From Torpedo marmorata (taxonomy: Eukaryota), in contig OZ360223.1 of assembly GCA_977017645.1 (NCBI GenBank), forward strand, positions 156,178,001-156,242,000: a DNA stretch of 64,000 nucleotides, in the 5' to 3' direction. A program made the position numbers and the translations under genes. Of this stretch, positions 13,234-27,455 are shown piece after piece (position 1 is the stretch's first letter; every line of letters starts with the position of its first letter). The notes beneath the pieces are model-generated. The model made no database searches and had not been told where the DNA came from. It saw only the letters and a list, made by a program, of their open reading frames with translations.

Positions 13234-13821
13234 ATTATATCACTGCTGTGCCGTGAGTTTATCAAGATTGAGTCTTCAGCAGATGGACTGCCCTCTCTGG
13301 AAGCCACACAAGCAGTAGCATCATTTTCTTCACCTCTGGGCGACTGTAGGGTTAGACATCAGCAGTGTCTTCCAATAAGCTCCCAATTGCAACATCAGGG
13401 AAGTTAGATGCCAATGCAAAAAAAAAGGAAAACCACCCTCCTTCTCCCCCCCCCCCCCACTAGGGAACAGCAGGAAGCATATGTGCCAGACATGGGAATT
13501 AGGAGCTATTTCACCCACATGCAGAGTGTGATAAATTGCATCATCACAATAATGGTTCAAGAGCAAAGCAAAACTCTACAATACTACAAAATGTTGCATT
13601 TCCCAAGTGTGTGGCTTGCATACAAACTCATTAAAGATATATTTATGATGAATACCAAAGACCTAAGTGGTTGGCAGGACTCATTGTGCAACCATCAGCT
13701 GTGCCTGCTATATTTGAACTACGTTGCCAGACTAATAGGTACCTGTTAGAAAATATGTTTTTATCCACGTAGAAGCTCCAAACCCTGGGCCTCTGCACCA
13801 CCCCCCCCCCCACCCCCACCC

Positions 13822-14806
13822 CCACTGCAAAATGGATCCTTGACTTCTTCATCAGAAGACCAGTCAGTGCAGATCGGTCACAACATCTCCTCCTCACTGA
13901 CTGTCAACACAGGCGCACCTAAAGGATGTGTGCTTAGCCCACTGCTCTACTCCCCTGACTCTGGCTAGGCACAATTCAAATGACATCGATAAATTTGCCG
14001 ATGACACCATGTTGTCGGCAGAATCACAAACAGCAATAAGGAAGCGTACAGGAGTGAGATAGATCAGCTAGTTGAGTGGTGACACAACAACAACCTTGCC
14101 CTCAATGTTACCAAAACTAAGGAATTGATTGTGGACTTCAGAAAAGGGAAATCAGGAGAACCTGTCCTCATCAAGGGGTTAGCAGTGGAAAGGGTAAAGA
14201 ACTTCAAATTCCTGGGTGTCAATATCTCTGAAGATCTATCATGCCAATGCAATCATGAAGAAGGCTCGCCAGCGGCTAGATTTCGTTAGTAGTTTGAGGA
14301 GATTTGGTATGTCACCAAAGACTCTTGCAAATTTCTGCAGGTGTACTGTGAAGAGCATTCTGACTGGTATGGAAGTGCCACTGCACAGGACAGGAAAAGG
14401 CTACAGAGAGTTGTGAACTTGGCCAGCGCCATCATGGGTATCAGTCTTCACTCCATTAAGGACATATACAAGAGGCAGTGTTTCAAGAAAGCAGCCTCTA
14501 TTCTCAAGGACCGTCACTACCCAGGCCATGCCCTTTTCTCACTGCTACCATCAGGAAGGAGGTACAGGAGCCTGAAGACGCACACCCAATGTTACAAAAA
14601 TAGCTTCTTCCCCTCGGCCATCAAATTTCTGAACTGACTGAACCGAAACACTACCTAACTTTTTTTCTCTTTTATTATTTATTTTCAAATATTGTATTTA
14701 CGGAACGGTAATATATAGCAATTTGCACCTGTAATGCACAATACCGCTGCCGCAAAACAACAAATTTTGTGACACATGTTCATGACAATAAACCTGATTC
14801 TGATTC
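13822..14806 (+). mobile_element. Rex1/Babar LINE 3' fragment
   Basis: TGAPKGCVLSPLLYS, KFADDT, KTKELIVDFR, KKARQRL, LLPSGRRYRS..NSFFP; tail catgacaataaacctgattctgattc. Confidence 0.88.
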
Positions 14807-15777
14807 ACTGTCATCTGGCAGTGCCCTGCACATGCAGTGATGAGCCTGGATTGGATTGTTGTTCAGGTGAGTAACTAAACCTGAATAACAGGGCAGATGA
14901 GTGGCAATTACTATTCGTGCTGTACTGATGGAGGACAATGACCATCTCCAACTTGTCTAACCAACTTCTCTTAAAATTCACCAATATTTCCATTGCTTTA
15001 TCCACCACCATGTTATGTTCTGCTTTATGTAAATAGACTGCCACATTCCCGACATTGCAACCATGGCAACACTTCATTTTAAAATATTTAGAACATATTG
15101 ATGCATTTTATAAACACAAGTTAATTATTTATTGCTGAAGGTGATGTGCTAATTTTCCTATCCGGTACAATTTTGATCAAAGTACATAGCATTTCTAAAC
15201 CCAGTACTTGAGCATGATTTCTGATTTATTTTCCCTCCGGTCTACCTAAGCTAATTGGAGGTGGGCAAATCCATGACCTTTCTGACCTGTAATCTTCCAT
15301 AAAAAAATATGATGATACACAGTCAGGAAAAGACAATATTTCAGCCCCAGTTTCTGTCCCTCACCTGCTGCAGCCTTTGATTTCAAAGTAAATCTGAAAG
15401 TTCTTGGGGTCATTGTGTTCCATTGGACATTGAGATCCTAGAGATCTTATCATTAACGTTCAGGTATTTAATGTGGCTCCTTTGTCAGTCAGCTGAGAGG
15501 AAACTGTTGGTCAATCTGATTCTATCAGCTTATTCACCTTTCAACAACTGAGAAACAACACAACTCATTTTCCAAAATATTTGGCCATAAAATCCACAGG
15601 ATTGATTCTGGAGATGCCTGTTTTGAAATTTCATTCTAATTTGGATTTATTGGTCAGAAGCAGGTTATTTTTCAATGATCTGGAGACTAATTGGTGGATA
15701 GCAGGCTGTTTTTTTGAAGAGATAAAAAATACTTAATTTTGATAGTTTCTCACAAAGGGAGTACAGTATTATTTTTA

Positions 15778-16400
15778 TTCATAGACTCAGATGTGGGTGT
15801 CATTGGTTCAGTGTGTGAACATTGGCCATCCCCAATTGACCCTGAGTGGTGGTGAACCATGTTTTTGAGCTGCTGAGCTCTTCCCCATGGTCCTGCTGGG
15901 TAAACGGTTCCAGGATTTAGATCCAGCAATGATGATCTGAGACTTGGAGGAGAAGCTGCAGTTGACTCTGTTCACATGTGCCTGCTGCCCCTTGTCCTCT
16001 TTGGTCACATGTTTGGGAGACACTCTCCCAGTCACCTGGGCAACCAACTGCAGTGCGTTTTGTAAATGCTACACTTAAGCTACAGTGCACTGATGTTTGT
16101 GGAGGCTCTCCCACTTCAGATACCAATCCCAAATATTCACGAGGAGGGTATTGTAAGGTCAATTGGGCTAGGGGCGACCTTGCTGTGTCTGAATTTGGTG
16201 CCTAGACTGATGCCAAGTTGACCATTTGGTTTTATTCTTTTTCTTCTGCTTTAACATAGCAGTTCTGATACAACCGAGTGGCTTGCTGGAGGTCTAGACT
16301 CAGATATAAACCAGGCCATGCAAGGATGGCAAATTGTATCCTTTGAAGGGCATGACAGAACCAAAATGGGATTTCAAAATCCAATAATTTCATGGTCAAC
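15778..16400 (-). mobile_element. Old LINE 3' end / SINE-like remnants
   Basis: Decayed resemblance to common elasmobranch retroposon ends (gatgtgggtgtc..cccaattgaccctgag; gagtggcttgct..aaggatggcaaatt); family uncertain. Confidence 0.35.
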
Positions 16401-17035
16401 ATCATTGAGTCATCATATTTTAAATGAATTACAGTATGCAGATTATTACCTGAATATAAATTCCACAGACACCTTGATAGGATTTGAATTCTTGAGTGTT
16501 AATCCAAGCATCTGGGCTACTAATCCGGCAATTTTGCCACAATGCCACCAACATATGTTAACTGAGGACAAAAAGATTGATATTATTTTAGAACATTACT
16601 GTCCGATGTTCTGATGTCCATCTAGTAATATTTCCTGAGAGGTATATCACAACTACACCAGGGAGCAATGAACACTGCTATTTATATACAGTATGTTATT
16701 CTTTGAATGTGAAGCTAAAGAGACTTTGAATGGAATATGGATGATAATAATCTGACCAGTCTATATACCTAAACTGCACACTTGGGAAAACTGGAAAGCA
16801 GACAGACTGTTGTCAGAAACAGCAATGCAGCCCAGTAGAAGTCCTTCCCAATGAAACAATTTAACTTCAAACAGACCACTATCTCAGATGGGTGCAGCTC
16901 ACAGGTTCCTGTGCATCACATTCTTCAAGCACTGAGACTTTCTCTAAAATATATATGGAAATTTTACCTTTGAGATTTTTATCACAAATTCTAGACAGTT
17001 TCTGTGATAAATACATTTATAATTAAGATTATTAT

Positions 17036-17068
17036 ACACACACACACACACACATAGATATATATATA
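17036..17068. repeat. (AC)n/(TA)n microsatellite
   Basis: acacacacacacacacaca followed by tagatatatatatat. Confidence 0.9.
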
Positions 17069-17824
17069 TTTAAAAGGCTGGGGTGACATGTGATATGTTT
17101 TCCATTTCTAATACTGATAAAATTGCTCTAGTTGGATGTGCATTTCTGAGTGAGATTGCCATTTAATGCCAAATAATTAATTTTCAGCCATTGGTCTGGA
17201 CCATCTAGAAACTAAAACTGAGCTCGCCCAGACTAATTAGCAGGATTTCATCTTGGTTCCAGAGGTAAGAAACCAGACTCTGACCACTTACTTTCAAGTT
17301 CCCCATTTATGCAGAACTAGGTGAACCAATTGCTTGGGAGGACCAGAGGATGAAGTTTCAGTTGCACAGTTATCGTGTTGGTGACTTGCAAAGTTCCGCA
17401 TCAATATCAAAGAATTAAAGAACCAACTAATTAAGAAGAATTTTGACTTTTCCATCGTACTTAATGGATTAACAACCTGTTGATAAGCAATATATACAAA
17501 GGGAAACTCCCAGCTTTGAACCTTGAATTGTTTTACCCAATTGTAGCCTGAGCAATGAACAATCATTGGACTCAACATCTTTCAGCTCAGAAGCAAAGGA
17601 TTGCAGGGCACTGATTTTGATCCAGTAACAGCTGTTGAGAGAACTCACAAGTGCATCTTATATGAGGTGGGAGAGACTCCTTTGCACCTGGAACTATTCA
17701 AAGAAGTAAGGCTGATTCAGCACAGATACACTGAATTTGTTGCATTTCCAGAAGACATATTTTCTCGAGAAAGGGGCGAGTCCGCTTCATTGGTGACCGG
17801 TGCTGACACATGCACCGATCATGT

Positions 17825-19190
17825 GTTCATTGACTTTATTCACTTTGCTGTTAACTTTCACCCTGACCTCAAATTCACTTGGTCCATCTTGAGCAACACT
17901 CTCCCCTTTCTTGATCTCTTTGTCTCCATCTCGGGAGACAGACTCTCGACAGACATCTTCTACAAACCCACAAACTCCCACAGCTACCTTGACTACACCT
18001 CTTCACACCCTGTCCCCTTGTAAGGATTCCATTCCGTTCTCAAAATTGCTTCGTCTCCATCGCATCTGCTCCCAGAACGAGGGCTTCCATACGAGATCAT
18101 CCGAGAGAAGTACTTCTTTTTCAAAAAACGTGACTTTCCCCCTACTACCACCCCTACTACCACCCCTACTACCATCAACTTGGCCCTCACCTACATATCC
18201 TCCATTACCCGCACATCTGCCCTGGCTCCCTCCGCCCCTACGTGCAACCAGGATTCCTTTTGTCCTCACGTACCACTCTCTAGCCTCCACATCCAACATA
18301 TCATCCTCCGCTTTTTCCATCACCTACTACGTGATTCCACCACCAGACACATCTTCCCTTCTCCTCCTTCACAGGGACTGCTTGCTCCGTGACTCCCTCG
18401 TCCACTCCTCCCTTCCCACCAATCGCCCCCTTGGCATCTACCCCTGTGACTGCAGGAGATGCTCCACTTGCGCGCACACCTCCTCCCTCACCACCATTCG
18501 GGGCCACAAACAGTCCTTCCAAGTGAAGCAACACTTGTGAATCTGCAGGGGTAATCTTCTGCATCCGGTGCTCCCATTGTGGTCTCCTCTCCATCAGAGA
18601 GACTGGACGCAGACTGGGAGATCGCTTCAGCACCTTAGGTCTGTCCACTGCAATGGCAGGGATCTCCCAGTGGCCACCCTTTTCCATTCCCCACCCCATT
18701 CCCATGCTGACATGCCTGTCCATGGTCTCTGGCACTGCCAGACTGAGCCCACCTGCAAATTGGAGGAACAACACCTCATATTCTGACTGGGCACCCTCCA
18801 ACCAGATGGTATTAACATTGACTACTCCAGTTTCTGTTAGCCTCCCCAACCCCCCATCTCTCACCTTCCCCATGCCTATTTCTCCTATCTCTCTCTCTCT
18901 TTCCCTCTGTCTCCTTTTAACTCTGCATTCACAGAGCTAACCCCTCCGCCTGATCAATTTTCACCTTTCCTCTCCTGTCCTCCTATCCATGTCCAATTAT
19001 CATCTTTTGTTGGACTGTGCTCCTCCCCTGCCCTTTCTTCCCTCCTCCCCAAGCCATTTTATTCAGGTGCCTGCCTGCTTTTTGCTTATACCTTGAAGAA
19101 GGGCTCAGGCCCAAAATGTTGGTCATATATCTCTACTTCCTATGGACGCTACGAGACCTGCTGAGTTGCTCTAGCATTTTTATGTTTTTA
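17825..19190 (+). mobile_element. Penelope-like element (RT C-terminus, GIY-YIG endonuclease, 3' end), decayed
   Basis: NFHPDLKFTWSI..LPFLD..YKPTNSHSYLDYTSSHP..CKDSIPFS; Cys-rich linker CDCRRCSTC; KLEEQHLIF; 3' end shared with other copies. Confidence 0.88.
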
Positions 19191-20526
19191 TAAAGCACGG
19201 ATGAAGGTAATTTTCAAGTGCCACCCATTAAAAAAATACATGTTCTAAGGCCAGAAACATCTAAAACATTCATATCGCACCAGCAACAAAATTAGAATGG
19301 GATTTAAGAGATTTTCAACTTCTCTGGAGTAGAGAATGAATGGGCGACATTTTGCCATGTCAAGGATCAGATAAATCAGAAAAAAACTCCAAGTTATCTT
19401 CAGTGAACAATGGAAATCAGAACAAGAATTGTTGTATATCTTAAACATATTACCTAATACACAGGGGTTCCTGATGGTATAATACAGTAAATATTTACCT
19501 GTAAATAATAAATGTCAAGAAATTCCCAACTTCAATTGGTGCCTGATGCTAAGCTGATTGACGAGTTTGTGCCTTATGGGTTAGCGCTTGGCATCTGGTG
19601 CATGTAGACTCGGAAAGGCGAAAACGTATAGAATCAATACTGAGCAAATGTGAAAAAAATAGCTCTGGGGTAACAGAAATGTGTGTCAGGATGAGTCTCT
19701 ATTTCTGAAAAATTGTTAAAATAAACAGAGGCAAACTGGAAAAAGAATTTTTAAAATCTCATTTGACCACAGGTTTTCCTAGATCAAACCTTTGTCAGCG
19801 ATTCCTCAGACTGCCTCCAAGGGTTTTTATTATTCCTGTGACTGATTCAAATGATTTTACTATGCATTCATTCCATCATTGCTGAAACAAGCTCTCCTTT
19901 CTGAATTCAGCAGGTACAAACTGGAACTGCATCCTGCAAAATACACCATCAAAAATATATTCCTGCCAAAACATGTAAATGTACAATTTGTAATTTGAGG
20001 TTGCTTCCTGAGTCTACTTGTTAGCCTAAATATAATCTGTCATTATAGGATTAACTTTCAGAACAAATAGGTGTTTTTTTTGACTGTGCATAAATAAAAC
20101 AAAAGGACTGTTGAAAGCAAATTGTACCAAAAGCACTGACTGCAGATTTCCTGTGGCATTACTGGTGATTATTCATAAAGTGTAGCTGGAGATTGCACCA
20201 AAAACAATAACTTCAATTTTTTACAGCATCACAATATTAAATATTTCTACAGTATTATCTGAAAAATTCCTAAAGTGTTACCTGTGATCATTTCTATAAT
20301 ATAAATGTAGATAGTGGCTAAACACTGTTTAGAATGTAAATTATTCCTATCAGTAATGTAAAAAGCAGACAGTTCAAATTTGTACCAATATTGGTGATTT
20401 ACTCTAATACATCAAAGGCAGAATATCCTAATAGCTGTAACTTGATTGTACTCATTGGATCAACTGCAGATTTTATCTGCAGTGATAATTGCAGATTGCG
20501 TGTTGTTCGTTCCAGACGTATGATTC

Positions 20527-20549
20527 GCAGTTACCACCAGATGGCGCTT
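20527..20549 (+). promoter_or_regulatory. Candidate CTCF site
   Basis: CCACCAGATGGCGC at 20534-20547 matches the CTCF core, with upstream GCAGT at the position of the upstream module. Confidence 0.6.
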
Positions 20550-22002
20550 CATTCACACTTTAAATATATATCTCTCGGGCTAAGGCAGAGTGTCCTGGTC
20601 AAACATTATTCTTTATCACTGGTTTTTAATGGTTCCCTCTCCCACATCTTCTTTAAAGACACATTACAGGATTTAAAATGTAATGCTCAACTTGAATTGT
20701 GTGTTACAATATTTTCAGTAAAGAATGTATGTTGATTATAAATGTATTTTATAAAATACGAGGCTTTAACATATTTTGAACATAGCAAATTACAAAAGGA
20801 CCAAAGAGAAAGGAATGCATAAATAGAGAATCAAGAACAAGCAAAATGGTGTGAGAAGGATGACTGGAGAGATCCGTCAAAGGAGTTAATGGGAGCACTG
20901 GAGAATTGAACCTACATCTGAAGAGGTGCAGCAGAGAGGTTCGGGGAAGGTGCACGTGTGGAGGATATTATGAAGCTGGAAAAAGTTATTCTTGGTGATG
21001 TATTGACTGTGGGTTGGAGGCTACACTCCTGATTAGGCAACAAGTTGATGCTAGGTTATGCCCAAGCTTGCAAAGAGGTGTCAGGTGTAAAGGGTTGTAA
21101 CATGGGACAACCATGGCACATCTGCATTTCTCCCTACTTGTGACCAGACACAAGTCTTTACATCAGGAGGCCCTGAACAGAAATCAGGACAGGAAGTATC
21201 TTATTTTCAACTCCCTAATCCTTGACACCAATTGTAGTTATTCTGCTGCTGTCCCATTTAAGATTAACAGACCAAATACTAATTGGAGATAAAATCTTCT
21301 GGTTTGCATGTTTTACCGGATAAACCATCTAATGCAGTCACCAACGCCACCATGTCTTTCTGATAATGAAACAGCATAGTGTCCTGTTCCTCCAAATGAA
21401 GGAAACGATGAAGAAAACAGTCAGTATGGCAGAGTGTCTGATCTTCATGTTATACAGGCACTCAGTGGAGTCAAGATCCTTATAGAAGAGTCAGCATAGG
21501 TAAATGGAAAAGCATAGCATTTCCTACTTGAATAACTTCAAATAGCTAGTGAAGGCCAATACTTGTAAAGTACTGGGGTCAACTGCCTGTCCTTGAGGCT
21601 ACATCCAATCCACTGTTCTTGATATACGGTATGTCTGAAATAACAGGTTTAAGCTGCAGTTAAACAAAGACTGCACAGTACACCTACCTCATTAGTCATC
21701 CTAGTTTTTCTATATTGAAATAATAAACACCTTCTGGGGTCCTCCAGTGTAATTGTTATTCTGGCTGTACTGCAAAATTATCAAGGTACAAATGTTGACA
21801 GGGAATTCTCAGGATTATTGTCAGTCTGCAACGTGTAGGTAACTGTGGTGGGAACATACATCACCTGGTGCAATGCAAACCATGTACCAAGGAGATCCAA
21901 GATTTCATTTCTGGTATGTCCTAATTTGGTTGAACAACAAAATGACAAGAGCTTTCTTACTTCAGGCTAGCTAGGGAGTAAAAAATAAATCGGACTTTAA
22001 AC

Positions 22003-22465
22003 TGAGGCTACCCATAAATTGGAGGAACAACACCTTGTATTCCGTCTAAGCACTCTCCAACTGGGCAGCATTAACATCGTCTTCTCCATTTTCTGTTAAA
22101 CCCCTCCCCTGATTCTCCCTCTTTCCCTATCCTCCAGCTCCCCATCCCCTTCTCTTCCCCCTCCTATCGGAAAGCTCCCCACCCCCCCCCTCATCACCTC
22201 TCAGCTCTTTTCCCTTCTCCCTCCCACCTGTATCCACCTATGACCTCTTACCTGTTAGCCTGTGCTCCTCCCCTGCCCCTTTTTCTCCCCGCTCCTACCT
22301 TTTTATTCAGGCGCCTGCCTGTTTATTGCTCATACCCTGACGAAAGGCTCAGGCCTGAAATGTGGTTACCTTTCACTTCCTATAGATGCTGCATGACCTG
22401 CTGACTTTTTCCAGGACATAATTGTATCGCACTCAACCCCAGTGTCTGCAGACTCTCTTGTTTAG
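22003..22465 (+). mobile_element. Penelope-like element 3' fragment
   Basis: KLEEQHLVFRL remnant, pyrimidine-rich UTR, and the conserved PLE end with ctgacga..gaaa. Confidence 0.8.
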
Positions 22466-25400
22466 CTCAAACTTTCTAGTCTTTGTCACCTTGTGTCAGA
22501 GACCACAAATCCCCCCACCCCACCCCACATAGAATTGAGTGCATGGCGATAAAGAAAGTGTGGAGAACTGGCATGGCAGAACTCCCTTAGAAATGATAAG
22601 TAGCATTTAGAAGGGTGTGGTGGTGAAAAACATTTAAAACTATTTCTTTATTTATAATTTTAAAATAAGATCTCCCAAAACACTACTTTCACTTTTGTAC
22701 AGCATAGTTCCTCCTCAATGAGATTCTCAATCCCACCCACATTGTTAGGTGATGCTGCCACTAATTTCTTTAATTTGCAAATGTTGCTTCATTTAATGTT
22801 GGTTCATTCTTCAAAATACCAATTTGCTACTGCTTGTTTTGGTCACTGCAGCTATTAGATTGCTGTAACCTCAAAGGCAATCCTGTTAAAAGGGAACTTC
22901 CTGTAACAGCTCATTAATACCACATCTTCTGTACCCGCAGCCTGACTCAGCATAGTTGGAATGGAATCGCACTGGGAATGGAGTCCAATCGAGCAACAAC
23001 GGCAGAGATAAAATTACAGCCTGTGGGATATAGAGGGTGCAGTGGAAATTAAAGGGTGAAGTGCAGCCAAAGAGGGACACACCTTGGGGGTTAGGGGAAT
23101 GATTAATAGACATTCCTTTCTCCACATCATACACTCTGGATCATGCTGTGACCTCCGTGAATCTAGTGAGACCCAACAGAGAATCCTTTATACAATCTGT
23201 TGTTTCTGCTTTCAGTCTTCATACTGTAATGCTGCTGTTTCCTCTGCTCTATCCTCTGTTTTGTACAAACTCTAGGACATTTGTTGGAATACCGATTGAA
23301 CTCAACTGAAATTGTATTTTAATAGATTTGGGCTGATCTCTATTAGACGAGGGAGCAGATAGCTACAATTTGCAATACATTCAGAGTCATGGAACATTGT
23401 TTCAAAAAATTAAAGCAGTGCGCAGACTTAAGCTTTTTAACTTCAGATTGATAGATCTAACTGGAATATAAAGAAACATTCTTCCTGTAATTAATGAAGC
23501 ATCCTGATCCTGAAACTGCCCTTTACATTGGCCACTGATCAAAGGAAACTTTGAGGAACTTATTATGCTTCAATGTTTCCCATCCAAACAGAAACATTCT
23601 ACTTCTGGATAGGTTTAAAGGCAACAGAAAAATAACTTAAATAAAAACTGAAAATAAGGCTGCTCGGTGGACTGATCAAAAATTTCACCGTCTGGGTTGG
23701 TAATAGGGCCGCAGTGGCAAGATTGGCCCTAGGTTGGCTTCCTTACTTGCACAGAGACAGCTGAGTTTAGTGAGGATTAGTACAAATGTTTCTGGGTGAG
23801 GAAAGTGTAAATCAGCTTTGGTGGTGATTTCTGAGTGGGAAATGCATATCAAGATTTTTCAGCTGAGTACGAAACAGAGTTAGTTGCCTGTTATGGCTTC
23901 ACTGTTGAACAGGACTGTTCATCTTCAAAAAAGGATCTTTGGCTGCGATTCTCAATGGAAACCAGTGCCTGTGGAATTGCAGCACAGTTCCACCTGACTG
24001 ACATTTTTGGACTCCATGACTAATTGGACATTCTTCATGCACAAGCAAGAGGGTGCTGGCATTCTATTTTGCTGTTACAGCTCCACAAATTGGATTCATG
24101 ACACACTCTTCAGTTTGTCCAGAATGTGATGGTCCTCCTTCCTTTTCACTAGGTTGCTAAGGTAAATTTAAAAAAAAAACACATCTGAATTGCTTGCCTA
24201 TGCTTAATGTGAGCCACATCTTAGAGATGTAATTTTTTTGTAACGCATTCAAGGAGATCACACATAGGTTTATATAAAACATTTAAGAAGTTCTGCCCTG
24301 TGTTGAGTGTTCACAGTGATGCTGGCCAATGAGTGGAAGTAGCTGTGTTTGTGCATGCCAGTGTGCAACTTAGTGTGGTGCATGCAGAGATGTGGAGGAG
24401 TCCCACTACCAAGTAGAGGATTGTAATGGCAGCCAAGGGTGGAGGCATGATATCAAGTAACACTGAGATGTAAGAACATGTATATTCTACATAGCATGTC
24501 AAGGTGTACCCAGGGAACAAAGTGCTTTGCCGCTCATAAAAAGCAAGCAGAAACAAAAAGCTACAATCCAATAATCCACAGTGGTTTATAAGATCTATTA
24601 GATTTCTGTTCGCTGTTGCCAGGCTTTTGGCAGAGGGAAGTCTATGTCTTCAAAGTTCACTTAACACCATAATAGTTCAGAAATATGGCAGCAAGTTATG
24701 GCAGGTGGTCAACTATTGATTGTACAGGACTATTATGAAGGTCAGCCTTCAGTTCACTATTGAGGTACAACAGATGATTTTCTATTGTATACTGTACCCA
24801 TACCTTAGGTTACAGTACTGAACTGCTCAGTGATGTGTTCATGGATTCATATTCAGGTACTTCCTTTGCTTATATTTCACACTCTCTCACTTAAGAGGTA
24901 TTTGAATAACATAGACTTTAGGAGTCTGGAAGATGCAGCAGCTAAACTTATATATCAATCAATGTGAATCTAGAGCAAAAAAACTCAAAAGCAAGCAGCA
25001 TCTTCTCTTTATTACAGTGAAGCAGTGAGAGAGTTAAAATAAGGTACACCTCTTCTTTTTATGTGTAATTCAAGATGACAGGAAACCAGTTGCAAATAGC
25101 TTTGCTCATACTTATTTCATGCAAGAAAACAACATGAGCAAATTATGAACCTTGAAGCTAAACATCCTAAAATGAGCAACCAATTGCTTGGAACTCCTGT
25201 TTATGAAATTTGATTATGATTGATTCTGTCCTTGATTGTTAGAATGCACACATTTTAAATTTATTGTTGGCTAATGCCGAACACAATTTTATGAATTGGA
25301 ATTTGAATCTCTGGTTTGAGATCAAGTTCCTGATTCCAGGACCAGTGAATGATAGCACTTTGAAGATTCACCTCTGTAGCTTGTATTTGAGAGTTTTTGT

Positions 25401-25610
25401 CCCAAGAAAAGTTAAAGTTAGTGAGGACTTCTCCAGTGAAAGCCAAATCTACTGCATAGATACTGCTTTTGTTAAAACAAGCTGAAAGAACAAAGTAAAA
25501 ATATTAATAATTAAGCTTTTGCGAAAATATAAAACCCGATGGCAAATTGTAAGTGGTGCATTTAAGGAAGTTCCGTGGAAAAAATAAGGGGGCATCGACA
25601 ATTGGTTTAA

Positions 25611-26072
25611 ATCACAAGATCACAAGATATAGGGCGGCACGGTTTGCGTAGCGGTTAGTACAATGCTGTTACAGCGCCAGCGATTGGGACCGGGGTTCGA
25701 CTCCCGCGCTGTCTGTAAGGAGTTTGTACGTTCTCTCTGTGTCTGTGTGGGTTTCTCCCGGGGGCTCCAGTTTCCTCCCACCGTTCAAAACGTACCGGGG
25801 GTTGTAGGTCAATCGGGTGTAATTGGTCAGCACGGGCTCGTGGGCCGAAAGGGCCTGTTACCGTGCTGTATGTCTAAATTTTAAAATAAATATAGGAGCA
25901 GAAGTAGGCCCATTGAGTCTGCTCCACCATTCTAATCATGAGCTGATCCATCCTCCCACTCAGCCCCACTCCCCGGCTTTCTCCCCGTAACCCTTGATGC
26001 CCTGACTAATCAAATACCTGTCAATCTCTGCCTTAAATACATCCAATAACCTCGCTTTCACAGCTGCCTGGT
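25611..26072 (-). mobile_element. CR1 LINE 3' end, interrupted by a SINE
   Basis: cacaagatcacaagatatag...gagcagaagtaggccc..gagtctgctccaccatt is the reverse of a CR1 3' UTR. Confidence 0.7.
25633..25889 (+). mobile_element. tRNA-derived V-SINE (HE1-like), young
   Basis: A-box-like tagcggttag, B box ggttcgactccc, V-domain gtgggtttc..ggctccagtttcctcccac, CR1-type tail; TSD atatagg at 25627-25633 and 25890-25896. Confidence 0.88.
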
Positions 26073-27156
26073 GAAAGGACAATCATTAGTAACCAGTTAA
26101 TGTTAATTTTGCATCTGTACACAATATTTTAAAATGATAAACTGATCTCTACCTTCTTTGGCTTCTTCAAATGTCCTGAAGCCATAACCACCATAATCAT
26201 CAGAGTACTTCTTAAACGTTTTGCGGTGATGAGAGATCAACAATACCTATCAGAATGCAGCAACTGTGGATTTGTGATGTTTGGAATAAAAAAGGGTCTT
26301 TGATATAAACAGGGGAATTTCAATCCTAAATTGTTACTGGGACTACTTGCTTCATATTTTGAACTGTAAGGTTTATGGAATCAATTGCTTTGTGTTTATT
26401 TTAAATAACTGTATTCATTGGATAGTAGAGCAACAAGGACAAAAAAACAAGGTAGAAACCACACATTAAAAAAAAAAGGAAAAAAATCCTGAATCTCATT
26501 GATTTTGAATTTCAGAACTGCCTGAAACTCCCATCCTATATTATACAAATATTTTGATGAAACTTTGAAAAAAATGAGATTTACAAGAGATGGAGAAAAA
26601 AAGGAAAGTTTTGAATATTACTTCTGGTATAATAATGAAAGGAAATGTGTACTGAACAGATCACTTCTAAAATTAAAAACTTACCTGAGGCTTTACAGAA
26701 AATTACATGAACATTTTGACTGTATACAATCTTGTACATTGGCAAGTCAGCATTTTTCCTGGCACTGAAAGAACAGCACTATGATTTTGATTTGAAACTC
26801 AAAAACTGTCAGTATAGACTTTCTTTTATGTATGAAGGAGACAACTTGTGTATCAAACTATTTCTGAAAAGGCTTTTGAAACCTAAATGGAAAATGACAA
26901 ATAATTGTTCCTCTGACGGACAACTATCATCCTTAATATCACAGGAATCTGGTACTCTCACCAAATTTGAATGACTTTTTAAAGACAATGACAAGTTCTA
27001 TGCTTCAGTCACCTTGGAAGCAGCATGGGTTTTGAGGACAAAATGGTGTCCCAAATTGCCTCATACAGTTTTTCAACCATTGTCTTCTGTAATTTTACGA
27101 CTCACTAACTCTACAGGTCCCATGTTATTTTTTGCTTGATGCAAGCCTGTTAAATA

Positions 27157-27455
27157 TGGGGTCACATCAGCTGGTAAGCCACTGCCTCATCACCCGAGAA
27201 ACCTGGCTACAATCCTGAACTTGGGTGCTGTCTATGTGCGGGTTTTCTTCGGAATCCCCAGTTTTCTCCCATATCCCAAGGACATGTGGCCCTAATGGAC
27301 TAATTTGCCACTGTAAACTGTAAAGTAGATGAGTGGTACAATTTGGGCAAACTTGATGGAAACATGGGGAGAACAAAGAAATAGGATTTCTTTGGGTGTA
27401 AAGGGGTGTTTGATGGTCAGGGGGTCAAAGGGCCTGTTTATATGTTGCATCTCTC
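27157..27455 (+). mobile_element. Old V-SINE
   Basis: Decayed V-domain (gcgggttttc..cagttttctccca..cccaaggac) and tail aagggcctgttt. Confidence 0.55.

Noticed and set aside
21330-21500. Exon-like acidic peptide (PVPPNEGNDEENSQYGRVSDL)
   Set aside because: In-frame stops nearby, no convincing splice acceptor, no recognisable homology.
25633-25710. tRNA gene (also 45029-45110)
   Set aside because: A/B boxes present but no full cloverleaf, and followed by a V-domain and LINE tail, so these are SINE heads.
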